NCBI GenBank assembly: GCA_964504275.1 | Contig: CAZDDV010000001.1 | Location: 20,982-84,981, forward strand | Direction of reading: 5' to 3' | DNA: 64,000 bases | Source of the DNA: an uncultured Candidatus Saccharibacteria bacterium | GTDB lineage: Bacteria; Patescibacteriota; Saccharimonadia; Saccharimonadales; JAGQNJ01 | Shown here: positions 18,272-27,426 of the stretch, in pieces | Numbering within the stretch: position 1 is the stretch's first letter | Layout of the letters: the number at the start of each line of letters is the position of its first letter | Notes under the pieces: model-generated | Database searches by the model: none | What the model saw: the letters and a program-made list of their open reading frames with translations, nothing else | What the model was told of the DNA's origin: nothing | Position numbers and translations under genes: made by a program

Positions 18272-18937
18272 ATGCAATTTGATGGAATTTCATTAATAAA
18301 ACGCTATAAAAACCTTCTAATTATTGGAGCGGTCTTGATTGCAGTAGGGCTTATCGCGTCTCAAGCATACAACTATTGGCGCGCGCAAAACTACGCCGTG
18401 CTAATCGTGAACGGATCTCCGGTTGACCTCACAATGCAACTCGGAGACAAGAAGTACAAAAAACCATCCAAAATTTACGTTTCGCCAGGCGAATACACAC
18501 TAGGGTTTTCACGCGATAACTTTTCGTCAACATCCAGAAAAGTAACTCTTGAAAAACAAAAAACCACCACAGTTAACGTTCCGCTATACGCCACCAACGA
18601 AGAAGGGGAGAAATATTTTAAAATCCCTGCTAACCAAACGCAAGCAGAGTTTGTTGGTGGGCTTTGGGAAGACGAAACTTCGACCAAGTTCACTAATGAC
18701 TTCCCGATTGTTCGCTCACTCCCTATTACTAGGCGTGATTTTATTATCGATTATTCATCACGTGGAGAGCTCGAAAATCGTACCATTTATATTCGGATTA
18801 CACATGCTGGTACGCTCGGCAAAAAAAATGCCGAAGACTGGATTCGTCAAAAAGGCTATGATCCAGCGACGTTCGATATTTCGTACATTGATATTTCAAA
18901 AATTCCAATAGGAACCGATGAGGGAAGCGGGCATTAA
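18272..18937 (+). CDS. Single-pass membrane protein with a PEGA-like beta domain
   Basis: N-terminal TM; VSPGEYTLGFSRDNF...VTL; last gene of the T4SS operon. Confidence 0.65.
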   Translation: MQFDGISLIKRYKNLLIIGAVLIAVGLIASQAYNYWRAQNYAVLIVNGSPVDLTMQLGDKKYKKPSKIYVSPGEYTLGFSRDNFSSTSRKVTLEKQKTTTVNVPLYATNEEGEKYFKIPANQTQAEFVGGLWEDETSTKFTNDFPIVRSLPITRRDFIIDYSSRGELENRTIYIRITHAGTLGKKNAEDWIRQKGYDPATFDISYIDISKIPIGTDEGSGH

Positions 18938-18944
18938 GCTCCAG

Positions 18945-20000
18945 CTACAACATAATCAGTTTGCTGGTTTGGGCGAAGTTATGGGCGATGACGTCCGCAT
19001 CTGTAGTTGTGATGAACGTTTGATAATTGCGCAAAAATCTGGTTAGACTTTTTCGGCGCACGCCATCAAGCTCGCTAAACACATCGTCAAATAGCAAAAG
19101 TGGCCGCAAGCCGCGGGACTGTTCGAGCATCAGCAGTTCTTGAATCTTTAGGCTGAGCAATATTGTGCGCGTCTCGCCGCGTGAGGCTGCTTGTAGTAAC
19201 GGCCGGTTGTTAATTGTAATCAATAGGTCATCTCGGTGCGGACCATTGCCCGTAAAGCCTCTCTGCAAGTCTTCGCTTATTGTGGCCTCCAATCTTTTTA
19301 GTAGTGAGCTGCCGTACTGGTCCAACTGACATTCGCTTTCGTACGCCAGAGCAATAACATCCTTGCTCCCGGCAATCTCTTGATAATTATTAGTAAACTT
19401 AGCGTTTATTGTTTCGATAATTGCCTGGCGCTTGTTGGCTATCACTGCACCAAATTCGCTGAGACGCAGATTCCAAACAAATAATTGTTGGGCAGCGTCC
19501 TGTGGTTTTTGTTTTAAAAGAGCGTTTCGCTGCGCGAGTACACGTTCGTAATTTCGTTGTTGCTTGGAATACTCCGGGTCAATTTGGCTGAGCAAATCAT
19601 CGATAAACAAACGGCGCTGCGAGGGGGAAGTCGTAATTGATTGCAATTGGTTAGGCTCAAATAACACTATTGGGATTGTTTGCGCAAAGTTCAGGCGTTT
19701 TCGAGTTTGTTCATCAATTTCGAATGTTTTATCAATCTTCTCGCCTTGTTTTTGTAGCTTTACTACCCTGGTTTGATTCTGTTCGTCGGTGCTATCCAAA
19801 CGTGCCCATTCTTGGTCATTTTGCACTAAATCGATGTCGCGTGCTCGATACGAACTGCCGCGGCACAACACCAAAATCGCTTCGAGCAAATTAGTTTTAC
19901 CGCTGGCATTTGGGCCAACTACAATATTCACGCCAGCCTCAAACTCAAACGATTGATCGCCGTACGAACGAAAATTTTTAATTCGTAAGCTCGTAATCAT
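18945..20000 (-). CDS. recF: DNA replication/repair protein RecF
   Basis: NFRSY, GPNASGKTNLLEA, GPHRDDL, ASRGE, LLFDDVFSELD. Confidence 0.97.
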   Translation of the reverse strand: MITSLRIKNFRSYGDQSFEFEAGVNIVVGPNASGKTNLLEAILVLCRGSSYRARDIDLVQNDQEWARLDSTDEQNQTRVVKLQKQGEKIDKTFEIDEQTRKRLNFAQTIPIVLFEPNQLQSITTSPSQRRLFIDDLLSQIDPEYSKQQRNYERVLAQRNALLKQKPQDAAQQLFVWNLRLSEFGAVIANKRQAIIETINAKFTNNYQEIAGSKDVIALAYESECQLDQYGSSLLKRLEATISEDLQRGFTGNGPHRDDLLITINNRPLLQAASRGETRTILLSLKIQELLMLEQSRGLRPLLLFDDVFSELDGVRRKSLTRFLRNYQTFITTTDADVIAHNFAQTSKLIML

Positions 20001-20024
20001 ATATTCATTATCTAGGTTTTGTAC

Positions 20025-21122
20025 CTAACTTTTCAATGGCATGACTATGTGTATATATTCGTCACCGTCTTTGCTGACACTTTTTATTACCACAGGGTCG
20101 AGTTTGCCGTTAAAACAAAACGCCACCATATCGCTTTTAATCGCTTGCAGGCCTTCTAGTAAATAGCGTGAGTTTAGTGTGATGTCGCCGTTACTCGAAA
20201 CAACTGCTTCGGCACTAGCGGTGTTTTCACCAACTTGTGATGCGACCGATCGAATGCTAATTGTTTTCGTTTCGTCGTCAAGATGCACTGTAATACTACC
20301 GGCACTTTCACGAGCAAAAAGACTAGAAACTTTCGTAATATTTATGAGTTCTTCGCGGGAAACCTCAGCAACACAGGTAAAGTTTGATGGAATTAATTTT
20401 TGATAATCCGGGTATTTTCCTTCGATCAAACGCGCAACTAGTTCGGTTGGTCCAACCTTAAATAACACCTGTTGTTCGTCGTGAGTTATATCTACCGTTT
20501 CAATGTCGTCAGAAATAATTCGCAGTAAATCTTGCATCGCACTATTTGGTACGAGCACATTAATTTCTTCTGAAACGCCGTCAACTATTTTTTGTGCTAA
20601 TCGGTAACTGTCGGTTGCTGCAATATATAATTTCCCGTCATTTGAGTGCATAAATACTCCAGTGAGCACCGGGCGAGCTTCGTCGTTTGATGCCGCAAAC
20701 ACTACTTGCTGTAACGCTTTTTTAAGTTCTTGGGCGGGGACTTTCCATGATGTACCATCAGTAATAATTGGCATTACAGGGAATTCTTCGCTTGAAACTC
20801 CGTTAATTGTTGAGTCGTAATTACCAGCTTTTATATGTAATTTATGTTCCTCTTGTTTAATCGCGATTGTACCTTTTGGTAAACTCGACACAAAATCTTG
20901 CATGAGCCGGGCTGGAATCGTGAGCGTTCCTTCGCTTGCTACCTTGGCGCCAATCACTTGAGTAATCGCAATATCCAAATTTGTTGCTGAGATAGAAAGA
21001 CGATTATCTTCGATCTTTAAAAGCACATTACTTAAAATTGGTAGTGTACTTCGCCCGCCAGCAACTCGTGCAACGATTGCTAATGCTTTGTTTAAATTTT
21101 CCTGAGTAACTTGTAAATCCAT
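20025..21122 (-). CDS. dnaN: DNA polymerase III beta clamp
   Basis: STLPILSNVLL, ATNLD, RPVLTGV, ATDSYRLA, RLIEGKYPDY, IVMPL. Confidence 0.98.
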   Translation of the reverse strand: MDLQVTQENLNKALAIVARVAGGRSTLPILSNVLLKIEDNRLSISATNLDIAITQVIGAKVASEGTLTIPARLMQDFVSSLPKGTIAIKQEEHKLHIKAGNYDSTINGVSSEEFPVMPIITDGTSWKVPAQELKKALQQVVFAASNDEARPVLTGVFMHSNDGKLYIAATDSYRLAQKIVDGVSEEINVLVPNSAMQDLLRIISDDIETVDITHDEQQVLFKVGPTELVARLIEGKYPDYQKLIPSNFTCVAEVSREELINITKVSSLFARESAGSITVHLDDETKTISIRSVASQVGENTASAEAVVSSNGDITLNSRYLLEGLQAIKSDMVAFCFNGKLDPVVIKSVSKDGDEYIHIVMPLKS

Positions 21123-21134
21123 TACGAGAGCTCC

Positions 21135-21370
21135 TTATATGTATTTAATATAGTTTTAATAGTAGGCATTGTGGATAATGGGTATAACCATGAATTAACA
21201 GAGAGAATTTGAAAGAAATTGCCTGTTGATTGGTTGTGGAAACAACTCCCATAACGTTTGTATAAGTTAAATCTTGGAAGTCTAAAAATAGTAGAGTTGT
21301 GGATGGTCTTGTATAACTCGACGAGTTGTACAAGACTTGTGCGCAGGTTATGCATGGCTAATCCACAACA
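21135..21370. promoter_or_regulatory. oriC: oriC (dnaA-dnaN part): AT-rich DUE, DnaA-trios and DnaA boxes
   Basis: TAG TTT TAA TAG TAG (21151-65), GCAT, TGTGGATAA (21170-78), TGGGTATAA (21179-87); further degenerate boxes e.g. TGTGGAAAC 21235, TAATCCACA 21359. Confidence 0.85.
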
Positions 21371-21395
21371 CCAATCCATAAAATCAGAAAAAACA

Positions 21396-22763
21396 CTAGA
21401 CATACAAACGTTCCTTAATATGACCTATTGCGGTTTTAATGCTTGGATCAGCAGCAGATTCGCGCTCAATTTTTTCGACAGAATGAATGGCGGTAGTGTG
21501 ATCTTTGCGTCCAAGCTCACGAGCAATTTTCGGGAAACTTAAATGGAGTTCGCTCCGAAGCATATACATTGCGACTTGGCGCGGCACGACAATATCTTTG
21601 TCGCGCTTTGGACCCAAAATATCATCGGTAGAAATTTGAAAATACTTGGCGGTTCGTTCAATAACTTGGCGCGCACTGATGTGTTTTGGGCGAATACGAC
21701 TGGCGCCCAGAACGCTTTTGGCCATCGCAAGATCAGGGGTTATGTTGCGCATTTCACACATTGCAATTAACTGGTTGAGCGCGCCTTCAAGCTCGCGAAT
21801 GTTGGTTCGCACGTTCGTCGCAAGATGTTCTACGACGGGCGGAGTGAGTTCAAACCCGGCTGCCCCGGCTTTGGTTTGCACGATCGCACAACGCGTCTCA
21901 AAATCTGGAATCTGCATGTCTATATTCATGCCCCACGCAAACCGTGATTTTAATCGTTCCTCGAGTGTTGGAATATCTTTTGGCGGTTTATCACTACTGA
22001 TAATAATTTGCTTGTTGGCTTGGTGGAGCGCGTTAAAAGTGTGAAAAAATTCTTCCTGAGTTTTTTCTTTACCGGCAATAAATTGAATGTCATCAATAAT
22101 GAGCACGTCTGCAGATCTATAATATCCGGCAAAATCGGTATTTTTTTTGAATCGAATCGCATCTAAAAATTCTTGCACAAACTGCTCGGTCGAAATATAC
22201 ACCACGTGCGCTTTTGGATTCTGGGCAATAACTTCGTTGCCAACCGCTTGGATCAAATGCGTTTTTCCAATTCCAACGCCACCATATAAAAACAAAGGAT
22301 TGTATTTTTTGCCCGGCATGGCCGCAATCGCCTGGCAAGCAGCGTAGGCAAGTTCGTTGCCTGAGCCAACAATAAAGCTTTCAAAGGTGTATTTGTCGTT
22401 TAAGCCCTTGCGGTAGCTGTGGCTGAGGCTACTTTTTGTGACCGAGCTGGCTGTTTTGGTCTGTCCTTTTGGCCTGTCGATAACAACAGCAATTTCTTCA
22501 ACAATTTTTTTATGAGCGCTCCCGGAGTGGATTTTATAATCGATACGTTTTGGGGTGAACCCGTTGTGCTCCAATGCATCTGAGACTAGTTGATTAAACT
22601 TGCGCTCCAATTGCTGCTTAATAAATATATTTGGCACACCGATTGTCAAAACATTGTTTTCAAACCGAACCATACGGGTATTTTTAAACCACGTTACAAA
22701 GCTGGCCCGCGAAACCGACACTTCGATTTCTCCTAGAACTGCCTGCCATACGTGATCTTGCAT
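21396..22763 (-). CDS. dnaA: Chromosomal replication initiator DnaA
   Basis: YTFESFIVG, YNPLFLYGGVGIGKTHL, IDDIQF, NIRELEGAL, RQVAMY, RKDHTTAIHS; ATG 22763 follows GAGGGG. Confidence 0.99.
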   Translation of the reverse strand: MQDHVWQAVLGEIEVSVSRASFVTWFKNTRMVRFENNVLTIGVPNIFIKQQLERKFNQLVSDALEHNGFTPKRIDYKIHSGSAHKKIVEEIAVVIDRPKGQTKTASSVTKSSLSHSYRKGLNDKYTFESFIVGSGNELAYAACQAIAAMPGKKYNPLFLYGGVGIGKTHLIQAVGNEVIAQNPKAHVVYISTEQFVQEFLDAIRFKKNTDFAGYYRSADVLIIDDIQFIAGKEKTQEEFFHTFNALHQANKQIIISSDKPPKDIPTLEERLKSRFAWGMNIDMQIPDFETRCAIVQTKAGAAGFELTPPVVEHLATNVRTNIRELEGALNQLIAMCEMRNITPDLAMAKSVLGASRIRPKHISARQVIERTAKYFQISTDDILGPKRDKDIVVPRQVAMYMLRSELHLSFPKIARELGRKDHTTAIHSVEKIERESAADPSIKTAIGHIKERLYV

Positions 22764-22824
22764 AACCCCTCGTCTTATCTGTTTTCCACCCATTTCGTAG
22801 TGCTAACTATACGCGCCTCGGCTC

Positions 22825-23092
22825 GACTTTTCCACATGTTGGTAAAAATTACGCCAATCTATATAAAAAATCCGCGAACAGATTGAAAGTTATACACACC
22901 ACACGCTAACACCTTAGGAAGTGTGGACAAAAATGCTGTTTTGGTGGATAAGTCGCTTCATGTGGTGGGGTAAATATTGTAAATACTACGTCTCAAGCAA
23001 CGATACGCAAAAATTGGTTCCTAATGCTAGGACTTGCAATAACAGTGGTTTTCTGGTAGTTTTTATAGGTTAACTTAATTCTTTTATACACA
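22825..23092. promoter_or_regulatory. DnaA-box cluster in the dnaA/rpmH divergent promoter region
   Basis: TTTTCCACA 22829, TTATACACA 22890 and 23084, TGTGGACAA 22922, GGTGGATAA 22943. Confidence 0.75.
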
Positions 23093-23093
23093 T

Positions 23094-23231
23094 ATGCCTA
23101 AACGAACATACCAACCAAAGAAACGCCACCGCGCTCGACAGCACGGATTTTTTAAGCGCATGGCTACCAAAGCCGGACAACGCGTTCTGAGAGCTCGTCG
23201 ACTTAAGGGTCGCAAGCAATTGACCCAATAA
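23094..23231 (+). CDS. rpmH: 50S ribosomal protein L34
   Basis: Manual translation [45 protein letters not shown]. Confidence 0.98.
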   Translation: MPKRTYQPKKRHRARQHGFFKRMATKAGQRVLRARRLKGRKQLTQ

Positions 23232-23311
23232 GACTTATTAAAGCAACATTTGTTCCATACTTTTATTTGAAAGTATCATCATATTGACGCAGATCGTACT
23301 ATGCTAGAAGT

Positions 23312-23656
23312 ATGCTAATTGCTACTCACCGATTTCACGGACTTGGCAGCCTTAATTTTGTAATGAAGTCTGGCAAAACGGTTCGCGATAAAAACCTTGC
23401 CCTCAGGTACTGCATTAATACGCGTCGTAAGACATATCGATTAGCCGTTGTGGTGAGCAAAAAAGTTCACAAATCAGCCGTGGTTCGTAACCGAATCCGT
23501 CGTCGCATGTTTGAGCATTTTCGCCAAGCAAATTTTGCGATTGCAGAGCCGTACGACTTGGTAATCACGGTATATAGCGATGAACTACTAGAAACAAACA
23601 CCAAACACATAACAGAAATCTTGCAAAACTTGCTCAGCCAAACCCGAATTATATAA
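23312..23656 (+). CDS. rnpA: Ribonuclease P protein component
   Basis: RLAVVVSKKVHKSAVVRNRIRRR; follows rpmH. Confidence 0.96.
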   Translation: MLIATHRFHGLGSLNFVMKSGKTVRDKNLALRYCINTRRKTYRLAVVVSKKVHKSAVVRNRIRRRMFEHFRQANFAIAEPYDLVITVYSDELLETNTKHITEILQNLLSQTRII

Positions 23657-23747
23657 ATGTAATCACTTAGTCGTTACGGTGCAGTCGTCAGCGTGGTATC
23701 ATACATATACAATATATCCGCTTTGAATGCACGTGAGGAGTTCGCCG

Positions 23748-24677
23748 ATGTTTACAACGTTTATCGTTCAGCCAATTTTTAACCTTTTAGTCGCGATTTA
23801 TGCACTACTGCCTGGCCATGATTTTGGCCTGAGTATTATTTTATTCACGATTTTGGTTCGGTTACTGATGTGGCCGCTTATCAAAAAACAACTGCACCAT
23901 GCTAAGGCAATGCGCGATTTGCAGCCAGAGCTCAAACGCATCAAACAAGCAACCAAAGGCGATCGCCAAAAAGAATCCCTCATGGTAATGGAGCTGTACA
24001 AAGAGCGACAAATCAATCCGTTTGCCTCAATTGGGTTGCTGATTGTGCAAATTCCAATTTTGATTGCACTGTATAGCGGACTGACCAAACTGATTAATGA
24101 CCCGCAGTCGATTGTAAATTTTAGCTATCCATTTATTCAAAACCTCAGCTGGATTCAAAACCTTGCTGGAAACATCGGTGATTTTCACGCTTCACTGTTT
24201 GGGCTCGTCGATCTTAAAAAAGCCGCATTCCCAAGTGGCGGTCCAATCTATTGGCCGGCGATGATGCTGGTTATCGCGAGCGCTTTTTCGCAGTACTATC
24301 AAAGCAAACAGTTATTGCCGGATTCAAAAGATCAAAAAGGCCTGCGCCAAATTTTAAAAGACGCTGGTTCTGGCAAACAAGCCGATAACTCTGACGTCAA
24401 CGCAGCAGTTGGCCGTAATATGCGATTTTTTGTACCAGTCATGGTATTCATTTTTACTATTGGCTTGCCTTCGGCGTTGCCATTGTACTGGCTAGTAACT
24501 GGCGTTGTTGCGATCATTCAACAAGGTCGCGTGCTTAATACAAACGAAGACGAGTTAGAAAAAATTGCCGAAGATAAAACCACTGGTAAAGTTATCGAAG
24601 GCGAAGTGATTCCTCCAAAAAACAAAAACAATAAAAAATCGAAAGGCAGTAAGTCTAGTAAAAAAAGGAGGAAGTAA
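23748..24677 (+). CDS. yidC: Membrane protein insertase YidC (short form)
   Basis: GLSIILFTILVRLLMWPL, LQPELKRI, MELYKE..INP, QIPILIALY, PSALPLYW; GAGGAG RBS before ATG 23748. Confidence 0.95.
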   Translation: MFTTFIVQPIFNLLVAIYALLPGHDFGLSIILFTILVRLLMWPLIKKQLHHAKAMRDLQPELKRIKQATKGDRQKESLMVMELYKERQINPFASIGLLIVQIPILIALYSGLTKLINDPQSIVNFSYPFIQNLSWIQNLAGNIGDFHASLFGLVDLKKAAFPSGGPIYWPAMMLVIASAFSQYYQSKQLLPDSKDQKGLRQILKDAGSGKQADNSDVNAAVGRNMRFFVPVMVFIFTIGLPSALPLYWLVTGVVAIIQQGRVLNTNEDELEKIAEDKTTGKVIEGEVIPPKNKNNKKSKGSKSSKKRRK

Positions 24678-25276
24678 TGAGCGAACCACAAGCAGCCCAT
24701 GATCAGAATGACAAGCAGGACATTGAACACTCCATACAATACGCCAAAAAATTTCTTGAAGATGTTTTGTCTTTTTTTGGGCTAAACAGCGACATTTACG
24801 CGACGGCGAACGAGGATAATGTGGTTGAGCTACATGTTCCATCCACGCATCTAAACGGATTTTTGATCGGCCAACACGGTGACACGATTCGATCATTGCA
24901 GTTTATGGTTAGCACGGCACTCCGCAATAATAATTACGAATACAGTCGTGTGCACGTTGACATTGCCGACTACAAAAAACAACGGGCCGAGCGTTTGGCG
25001 GAAAAAGCGCTAGAATGGGTCGCGTCAGTAAAAGAATCGAACGAGGCTCGCGAACTACGACCGATGAATTCTGCCGATCGTCGCGTTGTGCACAAAGTAG
25101 CGACCGAAAACGGGCTAGAAACCGAATCAATTGGCGAAGGCCGCGAGCGACGTGTTGTGCTTAAACCCTTAGGCGGTTCTGACTCCAAAGAATCTGCAAA
25201 TACTAATGACGAAGCCACGGAGAGTGCTATAGACGAAACCAAAGAAGAAGCCAAAACAGGCGAGTCTGAAGAATAG
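24677..25276 (+). CDS. jag: Jag/KhpB-like RNA-binding protein (KH + R3H, no Jag_N domain)
   Basis: LIGQHGDTIRSLQ, LRPMNSADRRVVH, TESIGEGRERRVV. Confidence 0.9.
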   Translation: MSEPQAAHDQNDKQDIEHSIQYAKKFLEDVLSFFGLNSDIYATANEDNVVELHVPSTHLNGFLIGQHGDTIRSLQFMVSTALRNNNYEYSRVHVDIADYKKQRAERLAEKALEWVASVKESNEARELRPMNSADRRVVHKVATENGLETESIGEGRERRVVLKPLGGSDSKESANTNDEATESAIDETKEEAKTGESEE

Positions 25277-25286
25277 TCTAGTTTGG

Positions 25287-26393
25287 CTATTCGCCCAAAG
25301 CTTTTTTATACACGGCCAATGTTTGTTCGGCCATCCGTTGCCACGAATACGTTTTGGCGAGCGCGTAGCCCCTTGCCTGCAACCGCTCTGCTAGATTTTT
25401 GTCGCTCAAAATCTCGTCAATTGCTGTAGAGATAGCTTGCGAATCATTCGGGTCAAAATAATGAACGGCATTTTTATACACCTCGGGTAAGCAAGATGCA
25501 TTGCTGGAAGCGACGGCACTTTTGCCGTTTATCATAGCTTCGAGCGCCGGCAGGCCAAACCCTTCACTCAGACTCGGAAACACGTACACGCGGGTATGCT
25601 GGTATAGCCACAGTTTTTGGCCTTCGCTAACCCATCCGGCGAAAACAATGTTTTTTATATTTGAGCGCTTTGCGTACGCTTCAAGTTTGTCGTACGCTTT
25701 GTCTTTTTTGCCAACCAAAACCAGTACGAGTTTTGGTTGTTTTTTTTGTAACAATGCGAACGCGTCAATCAGTCGTTTTAAATTCTTGTGTGGTTGCGGC
25801 CGGCCAACAAACAAAATGAAATCTTTACTCACTACTTTTTCTAACGGTTCTGGTTCGGCGGCAATTTTATCGGCAGACTCGTATGTTACGGTAATTTTGC
25901 TGCTATTTATTCGCGCAAATCGCGCCACGTCGTCTTTTACAAATTCCGTCGGTGTAATAATTGCCGCCGATTTTTTTGCAATATATTTTGCGCCCCATTT
26001 GTATAGTTGTTGTTTAATTTTAAATACCAACCAGTTTTTAGCCGGATTAGTATAACGAATTGTAATAAGATCGTGCATGGTTGTAACGACGTTGCCGCGG
26101 AACAAAATCGGTTGTTGTGTCATGCCAAAATGAACAAGATCAGGGCTGAGTTTTTGTAGTTGCCTTTTGAGGCCAAGCTGCTCACCAAGACTAAACTCTT
26201 TGAACCGTGTTGCATGAACGTCAAAATTTGGTGCAATTTCTTTCATGAACGCCACACGTTTTTTATTGGTTAAAATTGTAAAACGCACCGAGGTTGGAAT
26301 CTCGTGCAGATACTTAACTAAGTTATCAACGTACGTTCCGGTACTGCTACCCGACTCTCGCGCATCAATGACGATGTGTTGTTTATTTTTCAT
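25287..26393 (-). CDS. GT4 glycosyltransferase
   Basis: PHKNLKRLI, FPSLSEGFGLPALEAM; start MKNKQH coupled by ATGA overlap. Confidence 0.9.
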   Translation of the reverse strand: MKNKQHIVIDARESGSSTGTYVDNLVKYLHEIPTSVRFTILTNKKRVAFMKEIAPNFDVHATRFKEFSLGEQLGLKRQLQKLSPDLVHFGMTQQPILFRGNVVTTMHDLITIRYTNPAKNWLVFKIKQQLYKWGAKYIAKKSAAIITPTEFVKDDVARFARINSSKITVTYESADKIAAEPEPLEKVVSKDFILFVGRPQPHKNLKRLIDAFALLQKKQPKLVLVLVGKKDKAYDKLEAYAKRSNIKNIVFAGWVSEGQKLWLYQHTRVYVFPSLSEGFGLPALEAMINGKSAVASSNASCLPEVYKNAVHYFDPNDSQAISTAIDEILSDKNLAERLQARGYALAKTYSWQRMAEQTLAVYKKALGE

Positions 26394-27337
26394 TTTTGTT
26401 CCATGGCATTCAAAATTTCTTTGCTGGAAACAGTTCGTGTGCGCTGAATTTTCGATCGCTTTTTTAGTGTTGCAGGAACATGTATCAGTGCCCAAAAAAA
26501 TGCTTTTACGAATGCGCCAAATTGGTGATCGCGCAGACTGCCAAGTTTCATGCGCACGAGCTGCCATAAAAATATTGGCTTGCGCGCCCAAAATAAATGC
26601 CCAGGCATGTTTTTGTTATACAACATAATATAGTTTTTAACGCTGTGATAGCGTGTAAAACTGCCCATTTTACTGCTGGTGTGTCCAACGCGGTGGAATG
26701 CGATTGCCGCGGGTTCGTACCAAACTTTTAGCCCCAACAGTTGTGCGCGGAAACACAAATCAACATCCTCATAGTAAGCAAAAAAATCTTCATCAAAGTA
26801 ACCAATTTTTTTAAACAAACTGCTGCGATACAAACTGGCGCCACCGCTGGCCGCAAATACATAGCCAGGGGTTTCGTACTGGCCGCGGTCTAATTCGTCG
26901 CGTCCACGTGGATAAGGCATCCCAGATTTTCCTATGAATTCACCGGTGCTATCGATATGTTTGTGGTCGTCCCGAAGTAGTTTTCCACTAAACACCACAC
27001 ATTCAGGCTTTTTAATCGCCGCTTCGTGCAATGATTGTAGCCATTCTGGATCTGCAGCCGCGTCGTTATTAAACAGGGCAATAAATTCAAAACCATCTTT
27101 TATGGCTTTTTTGATACCTACATTAATCCCACCCGCAAACCCACGGTTAGTTTTGAGCCGAATAATTTCTACGTCCGTAAATCGCTCGGCAACCATGTCG
27201 CTTGATCCATCGTCTGATCCGTTGTCCACTACAATAATGTGAGCCGAGAGTGTTTGGTCTTGCAGCGATCGCAAGCACTGAACCAGCAAGTCCTTGCCGT
27301 TCCAATTTGGGATGATGATTGCAGTAGTATTTTTCAT
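26390..27337 (-). CDS. GT2 glycosyltransferase (rhamnosyltransferase-like)
   Basis: IIPNWNG, VVDNGSDDGS, NRGFAGG.N, LFNND, FDEDFFAYYEDVDL. Confidence 0.9.
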   Translation of the reverse strand: MKNTTAIIIPNWNGKDLLVQCLRSLQDQTLSAHIIVVDNGSDDGSSDMVAERFTDVEIIRLKTNRGFAGGINVGIKKAIKDGFEFIALFNNDAAADPEWLQSLHEAAIKKPECVVFSGKLLRDDHKHIDSTGEFIGKSGMPYPRGRDELDRGQYETPGYVFAASGGASLYRSSLFKKIGYFDEDFFAYYEDVDLCFRAQLLGLKVWYEPAAIAFHRVGHTSSKMGSFTRYHSVKNYIMLYNKNMPGHLFWARKPIFLWQLVRMKLGSLRDHQFGAFVKAFFWALIHVPATLKKRSKIQRTRTVSSKEILNAMEQK

Positions 27338-27426
27338 AAACTAACTAGTACATTTTATACCAACATGGCCAATAAACATTGTCGATGTTGGTGGCCACCC
27401 ATCGGTCTGATAAACTACTACTAACT

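Noticed and set aside
2626-18937. ICE or conjugative transposon
   Set aside because: No relaxase, integrase, coupling protein or boundary repeats in the window, and it abuts core origin genes.
21122-21542. 93- and 94-aa ORFs between dnaN and dnaA
   Set aside because: They lie over the DnaA-box/DUE origin sequence and show no protein-like features.
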